Translations under genes and position numbers: made by a program
In this document: positions 27,939 through 36,685 of the stretch, piece by piece
Layout: each line of letters opens with the position of its first letter
Numbering within the stretch: the first letter of the stretch is position 1
The notes under the pieces: generated by a model
What the model saw: only the letters and a program-made list of their open reading frames with translations
The model's database searches: none
Told to the model about the DNA's origin: nothing
Assembly: GCA_021734835.1 (NCBI GenBank)
Contig: JAIPIH010000010.1
Coordinates: 942-64,941, forward strand
DNA length: 64,000 bases
Direction of reading: 5' to 3'
DNA from: Candidatus Cloacimonadota bacterium
Lineage (GTDB): Bacteria; Cloacimonadota; Cloacimonadia; Cloacimonadales; TCS61

Positions 27939-29312
27939 ATGAAAGCTAAAAATATTTTAATTGTTGAAGATGAGAAAATAATAGCTGAAGATGTCAAAAA
28001 TACCTTATTAAAGTTTAATTATCAAGTACCAATGATCATTTCAAGCGGAGAAGAAGCTATTGAAAAAGCTGAAGAGCTCCGTCCGGATTTGATCTTGATG
28101 GATATTATGATCGAGGGCAATATTAATGGAATAGAAGCAGCAAAACAGATATATAAAAAATTGGAAATTCCGATAATTTTCCTAACAGCCTATGCTGACG
28201 AAAACATATTAGAGAAAGCTGCTGAATCATCACCATTTGGATATTTGATCAAACCTTTTGAGGACCGAGAGTTGAGAGCCACGATAGAGATGGCTTTTTA
28301 TAAATACAAGATGGAAAATAGATTACGGAAAAATAGAAATTTTTTGTTGAAGATCATTGATTCAGTTCCTAATAATATCTACGTTAAAGACAAAAAAGGT
28401 AAATATTTGGTAGTTAATTATTCCCAAGCTTTTCTTTACAATTCAACACCTCAGGAAATGATAGGCAAAACAGAAAAAGAGCTGATCAATGTTTCTAAAA
28501 TTCGCTGCAAAGAAGTAGATAATATTACAAAAGATGACATAAAAGTGCTAACCGAAAAGAAAGAAATATCACTACCTGAAAAATCAATTGAACTTGATAA
28601 TGGTGAAATTCTTTGGTTAAAAACAACAAAAGTTCCACTCGAAACACCTGATAATCCCGATGCAATTCTGGGTGTATCAGTTGATATTACTGAATTGAAG
28701 AATAGTTTCTACCGTTTGCAGGAACTTATGGAAGAAATTGTAAATGGCTTAGTATCAGCCGTAGAGAAGAGAGACCCTTACACAGCCGGTCATCAAAGGC
28801 GTGTATCTCAATTAGCGGATAAAATCGCAAAAAAAATGGGTTTGGAAAAATCAAAAATTGATGGCTTAAGAATTGCTTCCATCGTGCATGATATTGGTAA
28901 AATATACGTTCCATCTGAGATACTGAGTAAACCAGGTAAACTTACTAATGCAGAATTTGAATTAATTAAAACTCATCCCAGTGCAGGGCAGGAGATACTA
29001 TCGACAATCAATTTTCCCTGGCCGATTGCAGAAATAGTTTTACAACACCAGGAGAGATTAAATGGAAGTGGATATCCTCAAGGTCTTAAGGGCAACGATA
29101 TTCTCTTGGAAGCTAGGATTCTTTCCGTGGCTGATGTTGTAGAAGCTATTGCCTCACACAGACCTTACAGGCCATCGCTAGGTATAGAATCTGCACTGGA
29201 GGAAATTGAAACTCAAAAGGGAATACTCTACGATAAGGAAGCTGTAGATGCATGTTTAGAATTGTTCAGTAAATCTGAATTTGAATTTCAGAGTGATGCA
29301 AAAGCCACTTAA
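27939..29312 (+). CDS. Response regulator REC-PAS-HD-GYP (c-di-GMP phosphodiesterase)
   Basis: Canonical REC (IVEDE, DLILMDIMI, IFLTA, LIKPF). PAS-like region (IIDSVPNNIYVKDKKGKYLVVN). HD-GYP motifs (GHQRRV, VHDIGKI, HQERLNGSGYPQGL). Confidence 0.88.
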   Translation: MKAKNILIVEDEKIIAEDVKNTLLKFNYQVPMIISSGEEAIEKAEELRPDLILMDIMIEGNINGIEAAKQIYKKLEIPIIFLTAYADENILEKAAESSPFGYLIKPFEDRELRATIEMAFYKYKMENRLRKNRNFLLKIIDSVPNNIYVKDKKGKYLVVNYSQAFLYNSTPQEMIGKTEKELINVSKIRCKEVDNITKDDIKVLTEKKEISLPEKSIELDNGEILWLKTTKVPLETPDNPDAILGVSVDITELKNSFYRLQELMEEIVNGLVSAVEKRDPYTAGHQRRVSQLADKIAKKMGLEKSKIDGLRIASIVHDIGKIYVPSEILSKPGKLTNAEFELIKTHPSAGQEILSTINFPWPIAEIVLQHQERLNGSGYPQGLKGNDILLEARILSVADVVEAIASHRPYRPSLGIESALEEIETQKGILYDKEAVDACLELFSKSEFEFQSDAKAT

Positions 29313-29397
29313 TAAGTTTGTGCTGAACATCTTACTATATAACTTGACACAAAAACCAAGTTTGAATGCATAACTCAAAAAAATATTGGAGGAAATA

Positions 29398-29775
29398 ATG
29401 GTAAAAGATAATTTGCTCTATACGGAAACTCATGAATGGATCGAAGTTCTTGGAGATGAAGCCGTTATAGGTATCACTGACTATGCTCAACATGAACTAG
29501 GCGACATTGTTTATGTTGAACTACCGGAGATTGAAGATGAAATTTCCAAAGGAGAAGGATTCGGCTCAATTGAAGCTGTGAAAGCTGTTGAAGATATAAT
29601 TGCTCCTCTCAGCGGTGAAGTGATTGCCATAAATGAAGATCTTGAAGATGCACCTGAAACTATCAACAATGATGCTTTTGGAGACGGATGGATAATGAAG
29701 ATAAGAATTAGCGATAAAGATGAACTTGAAGATCTTTTAACAGCAGAACAATATTCACAGTTAATAAAAGGGTGA
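29398..29775 (+). CDS. gcvH: Glycine cleavage system protein H
   Basis: THEWIE, GDIVYVELPE, and lipoyl-lysine context GSIEAVKAVEDI. The start is placed at ATG 29398, five nt after GGAGG (29388-29392). The track start at 29386 is a TTG overlapping that SD. Confidence 0.9.
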   Translation: MVKDNLLYTETHEWIEVLGDEAVIGITDYAQHELGDIVYVELPEIEDEISKGEGFGSIEAVKAVEDIIAPLSGEVIAINEDLEDAPETINNDAFGDGWIMKIRISDKDELEDLLTAEQYSQLIKG

Positions 29776-29785
29776 TTCTAAGATC

Positions 29786-30394
29786 TTGAGAAGTAATAAA
29801 AAAAAGTTTCTTATCATACTGATATCACCTTCCGGCGGCGGTAAAACTGCTTTATACAGACGAGTATTAAATGATAATGAAAATATTAAATACTCTGTTT
29901 CCTTTACAACCAGAAAGCCGAGAGTTAATGAGATTGATGGAGTTGATTATAACTTTGTTTCCCAAAAGAAATTTTTGGAGATGAAAAACAAGGGAGAATT
30001 TCTTGAATCTGCTATGGTTCATGGTTATTGGTATGGAACTTCAAAAGAATATGTTAGCCAAATCTTGGAAAAAAATAACATAATTATGGATATTGATGTT
30101 CAAGGAGCCAAACAGATCATACAAACTGCTGTTGATCAAATAACGATCTTTATACTTCCTCCTTCCAGAGAGATTTGGTTGAAGAGATTGAAGAAGAGAG
30201 GCAGTGAATCTGAAGAGTCTCTGAGTGTTAGATTAGATTCAGCAAAGAAAGAAATAATGCAGGCAAGAGATTTTGATTACCTTGTTATAAATGATAAGCT
30301 GGAAACAGCGATAAAAGAGATTGAAGACATAATAAGCGCAGAAGAAAATAAAACTAAAAGATATATTAATATTAAGCAATACATTGGAGGATAA
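29786..30394 (+). CDS. gmk: Guanylate kinase
   Basis: P-loop ISPSGGGKT; SFTTRKPRVNEIDGVDYNFV; TTG start in the track. Confidence 0.88.
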   Translation: MRSNKKKFLIILISPSGGGKTALYRRVLNDNENIKYSVSFTTRKPRVNEIDGVDYNFVSQKKFLEMKNKGEFLESAMVHGYWYGTSKEYVSQILEKNNIIMDIDVQGAKQIIQTAVDQITIFILPPSREIWLKRLKKRGSESEESLSVRLDSAKKEIMQARDFDYLVINDKLETAIKEIEDIISAEENKTKRYINIKQYIGG

Positions 30395-30640
30395 ATGGAG
30401 TTGAAAGCTGACGTAAAACTAATTGAGAAATTTCTGGAAGAAAATAATATGACTTACCTTTTTTTGCTTCTTGCAAATCTGGAAGCTGATAGGATAAGCA
30501 ATTTGCCTTATATTGTTAAAAGAACACTACAGGGGAAAGTTACTACAGTTGCCTTAGAACATATAGCGGCAAATGAAATTCCTGATTATGTGGTTGAAGT
30601 AGAAGAAGAAAAAGAAAAAATGGAAGAAGAAATAATTTAA
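30395..30640 (+). CDS. rpoZ: Probable divergent RNA polymerase omega subunit
   Basis: Immediately follows gmk, the classic gmk-rpoZ synteny. GKVTTVALEHIAANEI resembles E. coli omega DKTTVIALREIEEGLI. The N-terminal helix is only weakly similar. Confidence 0.5.
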   Translation: MELKADVKLIEKFLEENNMTYLFLLLANLEADRISNLPYIVKRTLQGKVTTVALEHIAANEIPDYVVEVEEEKEKMEEEII

Positions 30641-30649
30641 CGGGCAACT

Positions 30650-31294
30650 TTGCAAAACAAATCTATTAAGCAATATCTTGAATACTTGCATTTATCAGGT
30701 ATTCAAGATGTTTTTATTAAACCTAAACCAAAAATTAACAAATCTGAATTATTAAAAACACTCGAAGAAAAATATAATAATTGTTCTGCTTGTGCATTGC
30801 ATAAAGGACGCAACAAGTTTTGCTATGGTAATGGCAATGCTGACGCTAAGCTTTTAATAATCGGCGAAGCTCCGGGAGCAGATGAGGACAGAAAAGGTGA
30901 GGTCTTTGTAGGAAGATCGGGTCAACTTCTTACAAAAATGCTTCAAGCAATTAACCTTTCCCGAGATGAAGTTTATATTACAAATATTGTAAAATGCCGA
31001 CCTCCGGAGAATAGAAATCCCAATCCTGATGAGAAACGGTCTTGCTTACCATATTTAGAAGAGCAGATCTCGATCATCCAACCGGAATTAATACTTATGC
31101 TTGGTAAAGTGGCTGCAGAAACACTTCTTGGAGTTCAGCAAACTTTAACAGTTTTCAGGCAAAAAACTCATATTTATAAAGGTTTAAAAACATTTGTTTC
31201 TTATCATCCTTCAGCATTATTGAGAAATCCTAACTGGAAAAAATTTGCTTGGATCGATCTCCAAAATTTACAAAAAGAATATCGAAAAAATTAA
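30650..31294 (+). CDS. Family 4 uracil-DNA glycosylase
   Basis: CSAC...C cluster, GEAPGADEDRKGEVFVGRSGQLL and HPSALLRNP motifs. Confidence 0.88.
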   Translation: MQNKSIKQYLEYLHLSGIQDVFIKPKPKINKSELLKTLEEKYNNCSACALHKGRNKFCYGNGNADAKLLIIGEAPGADEDRKGEVFVGRSGQLLTKMLQAINLSRDEVYITNIVKCRPPENRNPNPDEKRSCLPYLEEQISIIQPELILMLGKVAAETLLGVQQTLTVFRQKTHIYKGLKTFVSYHPSALLRNPNWKKFAWIDLQNLQKEYRKN

Positions 31295-31394
31295 TCTCAC
31301 AAAATTTTCTAAACAATTTTAGTTTAAAAAATAAGTTGCATAATTTCTATACATAAAAAAATTGATTGTAAATGTTTATTCAATAGGATAGAAA

Positions 31395-32735
31395 ATGGCA
31401 AAAAAATACGAACGACAGGTACCAAACGATATCAATGCTGAAGCTGCAGTACTTTCCGCTATGATGATAGATAATTATTCTGTTGCAAAAGCAATCGAAA
31501 TGCTCGATGTGGATCACTTTTATAGAAAAGCACATCAGATAATATTCAAAACGATCTGTGAGTTGTTCAATGATAATATAGAAATTGATATTATAACACT
31601 GATCGACAAATTAAAAACAACAAAACAAATTGATAAAATAGGTGGTGAATCTTTTATTAATGAATTGTCCGATGTTGTATTAAGTGGTGCAAATATTGAA
31701 TACCACGCAACAATAGTTTTTAATAAAGCTTTGCTAAGACAATTGATAGAAGCTTCAAATAAAATCATCGAAAAATGTTACGTTTCTGATCAGGAAGTAA
31801 AAGAAATTGTGGATAGTTCCGAACAGATGATCTTCGATATTGCAGAACGACCAAATCGTAAATCATTTGAATGGATTCAAAATATTATACAATCTACTGT
31901 AAACAATATACAAGAAACTGCAGCTTCCAAAAAAAGTATTTTGGGTGTACCTTCAGGTTTTGTCGATCTGGACAGGAAATTAGGAGGTTTGCGACCCGGC
32001 CAGTTGATAATTGTTGCTGCCAGACCAGCTATGGGTAAAACATCATTTGCTTTAAATCTGGCCAGCAATGCTGCTATTAATTATGAAAAAAGAATCGGTA
32101 TCTTTACAATGGAGATGGAAAGTGATGAATTGCTCATGAGGATGATGAGTTCAGCCTCCGAAGTTAGTATGGAAAATATGCTGAAAGGTTTTAGTATGAA
32201 TCAGAAAAAAATGCTGCGTATTGCCGGTGCTGCTGAAGTTTTATCCGGAAAAGATATCTATATTGATGACAGCGGTACAAATACTATTCTTGATATTAAA
32301 GCTAAAACAAGACGTCTGAAAGCCGAGATCAAAGGTCTCGATCTGATAATCATTGATTATATGCAATTAATGTCTTCCAGCAGCAACAGAGAAAACCGCC
32401 AACAAGAAATTTCTGAGATTTCACGGTCTCTAAAAGTATTGGCTAAAGATCTAAGTATACCCGTTATTGCCTTATCTCAGCTTAACCGCGGACTTGAAAA
32501 CAGAGACGATAAAAGACCTAAGTTGGCAGATCTTAGGGAATCTGGTGCTATTGAGCAGGATGCTGATATTGTAATGTTTATCTATCGCGATGAAGTATAT
32601 AATGAAGAAACAGAAGATCCAGGAGTTGCTGAGATCATTATTGGCAAGAACCGACATGGCTCTATAGGTAAAATCAAGCTGCGTTTTTTAAAAGAATTTA
32701 CTGCCTTTAGAGACATGAATGAGTACGATGTCTGA
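31395..32735 (+). CDS. dnaB: Replicative DNA helicase DnaB
   Basis: N-terminal PNDINAEAAVLSAMM, Walker A ARPAMGKTSFALN, IIIDYMQLM, SQLNRGLENR. Confidence 0.95.
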   Translation: MAKKYERQVPNDINAEAAVLSAMMIDNYSVAKAIEMLDVDHFYRKAHQIIFKTICELFNDNIEIDIITLIDKLKTTKQIDKIGGESFINELSDVVLSGANIEYHATIVFNKALLRQLIEASNKIIEKCYVSDQEVKEIVDSSEQMIFDIAERPNRKSFEWIQNIIQSTVNNIQETAASKKSILGVPSGFVDLDRKLGGLRPGQLIIVAARPAMGKTSFALNLASNAAINYEKRIGIFTMEMESDELLMRMMSSASEVSMENMLKGFSMNQKKMLRIAGAAEVLSGKDIYIDDSGTNTILDIKAKTRRLKAEIKGLDLIIIDYMQLMSSSSNRENRQQEISEISRSLKVLAKDLSIPVIALSQLNRGLENRDDKRPKLADLRESGAIEQDADIVMFIYRDEVYNEETEDPGVAEIIIGKNRHGSIGKIKLRFLKEFTAFRDMNEYDV

Positions 32736-33483
32736 TCCTAATATCATTAATTTAGTTGGCGAGTTTGTTTTATTTAATAAAGCAGTGCTTCTCCACTTGG
32801 GAAAAGTAAATAAAAGATTTGTAGAGATCATGAAACAAATGAAGAGGATCGGTTACGATTCTTTTCTGTTAATAGCTGTAACATCCGCATTTACGGGGCT
32901 TGTGACTTCTGTGCAGGCATCTTATCAAACTAGTGGATACATACCTGTTAGCTTGATCGGAGTTTTGATCGGGAAATCCACTATGATCGAACTGGCACCA
33001 GTATTGACCGGACTGGTTTTAGCCGGGAAAGTTGGAGCATCCATAGCCGCCGAGATCGGGACAATGAAAGTTAGTGAACAATTGGATGCTCTTGAAACTA
33101 TGGCTATCGATCCGGTCGATTATGTTTATATGCCCAGAATTATCGCTGGCGTTTTGATGTTTCCAATTTTAACAATATTTTCAAATGTAATAGGAATTTT
33201 ATCTGCATTTTTATTATCTATTTATAAATACCAGGTCAATGCTTTCAGCTTTTTTACAAATATGCGGGATTTTTTTCTCCCATCAGACTTACTGGGAGGA
33301 TTGATAAAATCAATCGTTTTTGGTTTGATCATTACCGTAATTGCTTGTTTTGCAGGTAATAGGGCTACCGGAGGAGCTGAAGGTGTAGGGAAGGTAACTA
33401 CGTTAACAGTTGTTTACTCATCCATATTTATTTTAATAACAGATTTCATTGTAGCTGCTTTACTTTTCGGTTCGTTATCATGA
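32719..33483 (+). CDS. MlaE/YrbE-family ABC permease
   Basis: About 254 aa, multi-TM. GKSTMIELAPVLTGLVLAGKVGASIAAEIGTMKVSEQLDALETMAIDP is the MlaE signature region. Overlaps the dnaB 3' end by 17 nt. Confidence 0.8.
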   Translation: MSTMSDPNIINLVGEFVLFNKAVLLHLGKVNKRFVEIMKQMKRIGYDSFLLIAVTSAFTGLVTSVQASYQTSGYIPVSLIGVLIGKSTMIELAPVLTGLVLAGKVGASIAAEIGTMKVSEQLDALETMAIDPVDYVYMPRIIAGVLMFPILTIFSNVIGILSAFLLSIYKYQVNAFSFFTNMRDFFLPSDLLGGLIKSIVFGLIITVIACFAGNRATGGAEGVGKVTTLTVVYSSIFILITDFIVAALLFGSLS

Positions 33484-34505
33484 AATATTTAAGCATTATC
33501 ATTATTTCGATAATGAGCTTATCCTGCTGGCAAACCAAAGAAAGAGAAATTCCCGAAACTGTCCAAACTCTAAATGTTTATACGGTTGATGTTTTTCTAA
33601 ATGAAAGCTTTTATCACGATATTTTACCTGTTTTCTCAGACATATTTAACTGTAACATTGAACTAACCAGATTTTCGAGTTCTTTTCAAATGCTCGATCA
33701 TGTAAGAGCGGAAAGTGATAGTTGTAAAGCTGATATTCTAATAGGATTAGACAACACCCAATATTATTCATTTTATAGTGACAGCCTTTTTGCTTCTTAT
33801 GAACCAACAGGTATAAATAATTTACACAGCAACTTAATTTTTGATAAACACAATGTAATAACTCCAATCTGTTATAGCAATATTGGATTTAATTACAACA
33901 GTAATGCTTTGGGAGATCCACCTTTATCTTTTGGAGAGATGCAGGACGGCAAGTATAAAGAACAAATAATAATTATGGATCCAAGAACATCAGGGCTGGG
34001 CAGGGCTTTATTACATTGGTCTATTTCTGCTTTTGGAATAAGCGGCTATGGTCATTTTTGGCGGAGCATCAAAGAAAATATTTTAAAATGTTACGAAAAT
34101 CAGGATGATGCATATAATGCTTTTTTAGCAGGAGAAGCTCCGATAATATTAGGGTTTGAAACTACTTCACTCTATCATAATGATATAGAGAAATCTAACA
34201 AATATAGAAACACTATCCCACAGGAAGGAACTTTTAAATATATTATAGGAGTTAGCATATTAAAATCAACTGAACAGGAATACTTGGCAAAAAAATTAGT
34301 AGATTATTTAATTTCTCCACAATTTCAGGAAAAGATAATCTCCGGGATGTGGATGCTTCCGGCAAATAAAAAGATCAAACTACCTCCAGAATATGAAATA
34401 CTTCCTAAAGCCGGCAAGGATTTGACGAACGATCTTTCAGTAAGACAAATAAGATTTCAACAAAATACCTGGATATCAAAATGGCAAAAAATAATGATTC
34501 CTTAG
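33480..34505 (+). CDS. Periplasmic solute-binding lipoprotein (thiamine/Fe3+/polyamine-type PBP2 fold)
   Basis: Lipobox MSLSC. LNVYT..., IIIMDPRTSGLG and APIILGFETT resemble TbpA/ThiB-like binding proteins. ATGA overlap with the permease gene. Confidence 0.5.
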   Translation: MKYLSIIIISIMSLSCWQTKEREIPETVQTLNVYTVDVFLNESFYHDILPVFSDIFNCNIELTRFSSSFQMLDHVRAESDSCKADILIGLDNTQYYSFYSDSLFASYEPTGINNLHSNLIFDKHNVITPICYSNIGFNYNSNALGDPPLSFGEMQDGKYKEQIIIMDPRTSGLGRALLHWSISAFGISGYGHFWRSIKENILKCYENQDDAYNAFLAGEAPIILGFETTSLYHNDIEKSNKYRNTIPQEGTFKYIIGVSILKSTEQEYLAKKLVDYLISPQFQEKIISGMWMLPANKKIKLPPEYEILPKAGKDLTNDLSVRQIRFQQNTWISKWQKIMIP

Positions 34506-34969
34506 CTAATTCAGATGTAAACTTTCATGTTGTATTATTCCAACCTGAGATCCCGTCAAATACCGGTAATATAGGTCGTCTCTGTGTTGGAACCAATTCG
34601 ATGCTGCATATTATTAAACCGATGAGATTTATGTTAACAGATAAATTACTTAAAAGAGCTGGATTAGATTATTGGGATAAGTTAAAAATAAGGCTGCATA
34701 GTTCATTAGATGAACTTTGGGATTCATATCCTCATGCAAACGCTTATTACTGTACTACAAAAACCGATCAAGTTTTTACATCTCGGCAATATCAGCATGG
34801 AGATTTTTTTGTATTCGGAGCTGAATCACGTGGAATCCCGGTTGAAATTTTAAAAAAAAAACAGGATAGAAATATTACGATTCCAATGAGTCCGGAAGTT
34901 AGATCGTTGAATCTCTCTAATAGTGTTGCAATTGTTATCTATGAAGCTTGGAGGCAAGTCGGATTTTAA
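34481..34969 (+). CDS. trmL: tRNA (cytidine/uridine34-2'-O)-methyltransferase TrmL (SpoU family)
   Basis: VVLFQPEIPSNTGNIGRLC; FGAESRGIP; SLNLSNSVAIVIYEAWRQ. Confidence 0.85.
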   Translation: MAKNNDSLANSDVNFHVVLFQPEIPSNTGNIGRLCVGTNSMLHIIKPMRFMLTDKLLKRAGLDYWDKLKIRLHSSLDELWDSYPHANAYYCTTKTDQVFTSRQYQHGDFFVFGAESRGIPVEILKKKQDRNITIPMSPEVRSLNLSNSVAIVIYEAWRQVGF

Positions 34970-35003
34970 AAACTTAAAGTAAAACAAATGTATATTGACG
35001 ACT

Positions 35004-35012
35004 TGTTATAAT
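35004..35012 (+). promoter_or_regulatory. Extended -10 promoter element (TGtTATAAT) upstream of dapA
   Basis: TG at 35004-35005 and TATAAT at 35007-35012. AGAGGAGG SD and the ATG at 35050 follow. Confidence 0.4.
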
Positions 35013-35049
35013 TGTGATAAGTTGTTTTTTCATAAGAGGAGGTAAATTT

Positions 35050-35925
35050 ATGTTGCAAGGATCATATGTCGCATTAGTTACTCCATTTAAAAATAATGAG
35101 ATAGATTACACAGCACTCGAAAAACTTATTGAATTTCAAATCGCGAATCATACAGATGGCATACTTTTTTGCGGCACTACCGGTGAATCACCAGCACTCG
35201 CGGGTGATGAAAAAGAGAGATTGGTAAATTACGGAATTAAGAAAGTAGCAAAGAAGATACCTGTAATGATGGGAACCGGAAGCAATAATTTGCATCACAC
35301 AATTTCTGCCACTTTACAAGCGCAGGATTGGGGTGTAGATCATGCTTTGGTTATTACACCATATTATAATAAACCAACACAAAACGGATTGTATCAATAT
35401 TTCAAAGCAGTAGCAGAAAATACAAATATTCCAATTGTGATCTATAACGTTCCAGGTAGAACCGGGGTTAACATAAATGCTGAAACTACTATTAAATTGG
35501 CTAATGAATTCAAGAATATTGTTGGAATAAAAGAAGCAAGCGGAAATCTTGATCAGGTTTCAAGAATTGTAAAGTATACGGATAGTAATTTTTCAGTAAT
35601 GTCAGGTGAGGATGCTTTAAACCTACCGATTATGTCATGCGGAGCAAAAGGTGTGATATCAGTTACTGCAAATATTCTCCCTAAGAAAGTATCACAGTTA
35701 GTTAGCTTGAGTTTACAACACAAATACTCCCAAGCTCTAAAGATCCATTTGGAATTACTGGAACTTAATTCTATTCTGTTCTTAGAATCAAATCCAATAC
35801 CTGTAAAAGAAGCCTTACATCTTATGAATATGATAAAAAGGGTTATAAGATTACCTCTGTGTAATATGGATCAAGAGAAAATTGAAATGTTAAAACAAGT
35901 GTTAATAAATTATAAAATTGTGTAG
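35050..35925 (+). CDS. dapA: 4-hydroxy-tetrahydrodipicolinate synthase
   Basis: CGTTGES, YNVPGRTG and the active-site Lys context VGIKEASG. The start is moved to ATG 35050 (SD AGAGGAGG). The track's GTG at 35014 sits directly after the putative -10. Confidence 0.92.
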   Translation: MLQGSYVALVTPFKNNEIDYTALEKLIEFQIANHTDGILFCGTTGESPALAGDEKERLVNYGIKKVAKKIPVMMGTGSNNLHHTISATLQAQDWGVDHALVITPYYNKPTQNGLYQYFKAVAENTNIPIVIYNVPGRTGVNINAETTIKLANEFKNIVGIKEASGNLDQVSRIVKYTDSNFSVMSGEDALNLPIMSCGAKGVISVTANILPKKVSQLVSLSLQHKYSQALKIHLELLELNSILFLESNPIPVKEALHLMNMIKRVIRLPLCNMDQEKIEMLKQVLINYKIV

Positions 35926-35931
35926 AGAATT

Positions 35932-36312
35932 TTGAGAAAACAAATTAGAAAAGATATTAATCTTGTGGTGTGCCCTCTAAACCAGCAGCATACAGATATT
36001 ATCGTTTGTGCCGCAAGCTGTAATGAAAGAAGGTTCTGCAAGGAGTATAGAAAAAAAATCACAAATGAAATGCTATTGGAGTTTATAGCAAATCATCCAA
36101 AATATAAATTAGTAGGAGAACTTATGCCAACTGGAAAAACAGCAAAATCAATTGAGAAGACCTTTTGGGTTGTATCAAAGGACAACCAGATCGAAGAAGT
36201 AACAGAAAAAGAACTTATGACTAATCCTGAAAAATACCTAAAGAAAGAAATCTGGCAGAAACCGCCTTATCATTATGAACTAGTTGTTTCACTCAAGCGA
36301 ATTAAGGATTGA
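35932..36312 (+). CDS. Hypothetical protein with N-terminal 4-Cys cluster
   Basis: 126 aa, TTG start. C-x12-C-x3-C-x5-C (VVCPLNQQHTDIIVCAASCNERRFC). No family recognised. Confidence 0.4.
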   Translation: MRKQIRKDINLVVCPLNQQHTDIIVCAASCNERRFCKEYRKKITNEMLLEFIANHPKYKLVGELMPTGKTAKSIEKTFWVVSKDNQIEEVTEKELMTNPEKYLKKEIWQKPPYHYELVVSLKRIKD

Positions 36313-36676
36313 TCTTATAACATCCATTTTTTAGTTTTATACTGTAAATTGTGATGACAATAGAGAATCCTAGAAAATCAGCCAGAATATCATAAAAAGA
36401 AAAGGTTCTGCCTGGTATTGGAATTTGATGCAGTTCATCAACAAAAGGTAAAACAACAGCAAAAATGATCAATAATTTGAGTTTGGCTCTGTATTGATCC
36501 TCACGGTGCATTTTCATAAATAAATAAGCGAAAATCAGATACACAAAAAGATGACCAAGTTTATCTACATTTAAAGAATCATCAAGTGGTGTGTGTAATT
36601 TAGGGAGAGATGTTAAAGTCAGGATTACCAGCAGCCAAATATAAAATGTAACTTTGTAATAATTTTTATTCATCAT
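36302..36676 (-). CDS. VanZ-like membrane protein
   Basis: 124 aa, 4 TM; DKLGHLFVY and DELHQ motifs typical of VanZ. Confidence 0.6.
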   Translation of the reverse strand: MMNKNYYKVTFYIWLLVILTLTSLPKLHTPLDDSLNVDKLGHLFVYLIFAYLFMKMHREDQYRAKLKLLIIFAVVLPFVDELHQIPIPGRTFSFYDILADFLGFSIVITIYSIKLKNGCYKINP

Positions 36677-36685
36677 TTTTAACCT

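Noticed and set aside
29341-29350. Identical 10-mer AACTTGACAC upstream of gcvH (29341-29350) and, on the minus strand, upstream of selD (45082-45091). Each lies 46-49 nt before the ATG, so a shared regulator site is conceivable.
   Set aside because: The shared part is essentially a consensus -35 hexamer plus flanks, and the sequences diverge completely downstream. It is most simply read as two sigma70-type -35 boxes.
29313-29397. Possible riboswitches: glycine before gcvH, lysine before dapA (34970-35049), and TPP before the thiamine-type binding protein.
   Set aside because: The leaders are 85 nt or shorter, or absent because the genes overlap. That is too short for these aptamers, and no conserved cores were seen.
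29386-29397. N-terminal extensions in the ORF track: TTG 29386 for gcvH and GTG 35014 for dapA.
   Set aside because: In both cases an ATG with a well-spaced strong SD lies just downstream. The extension would overlap the SD, or for dapA the -10 element. The shorter forms are used.
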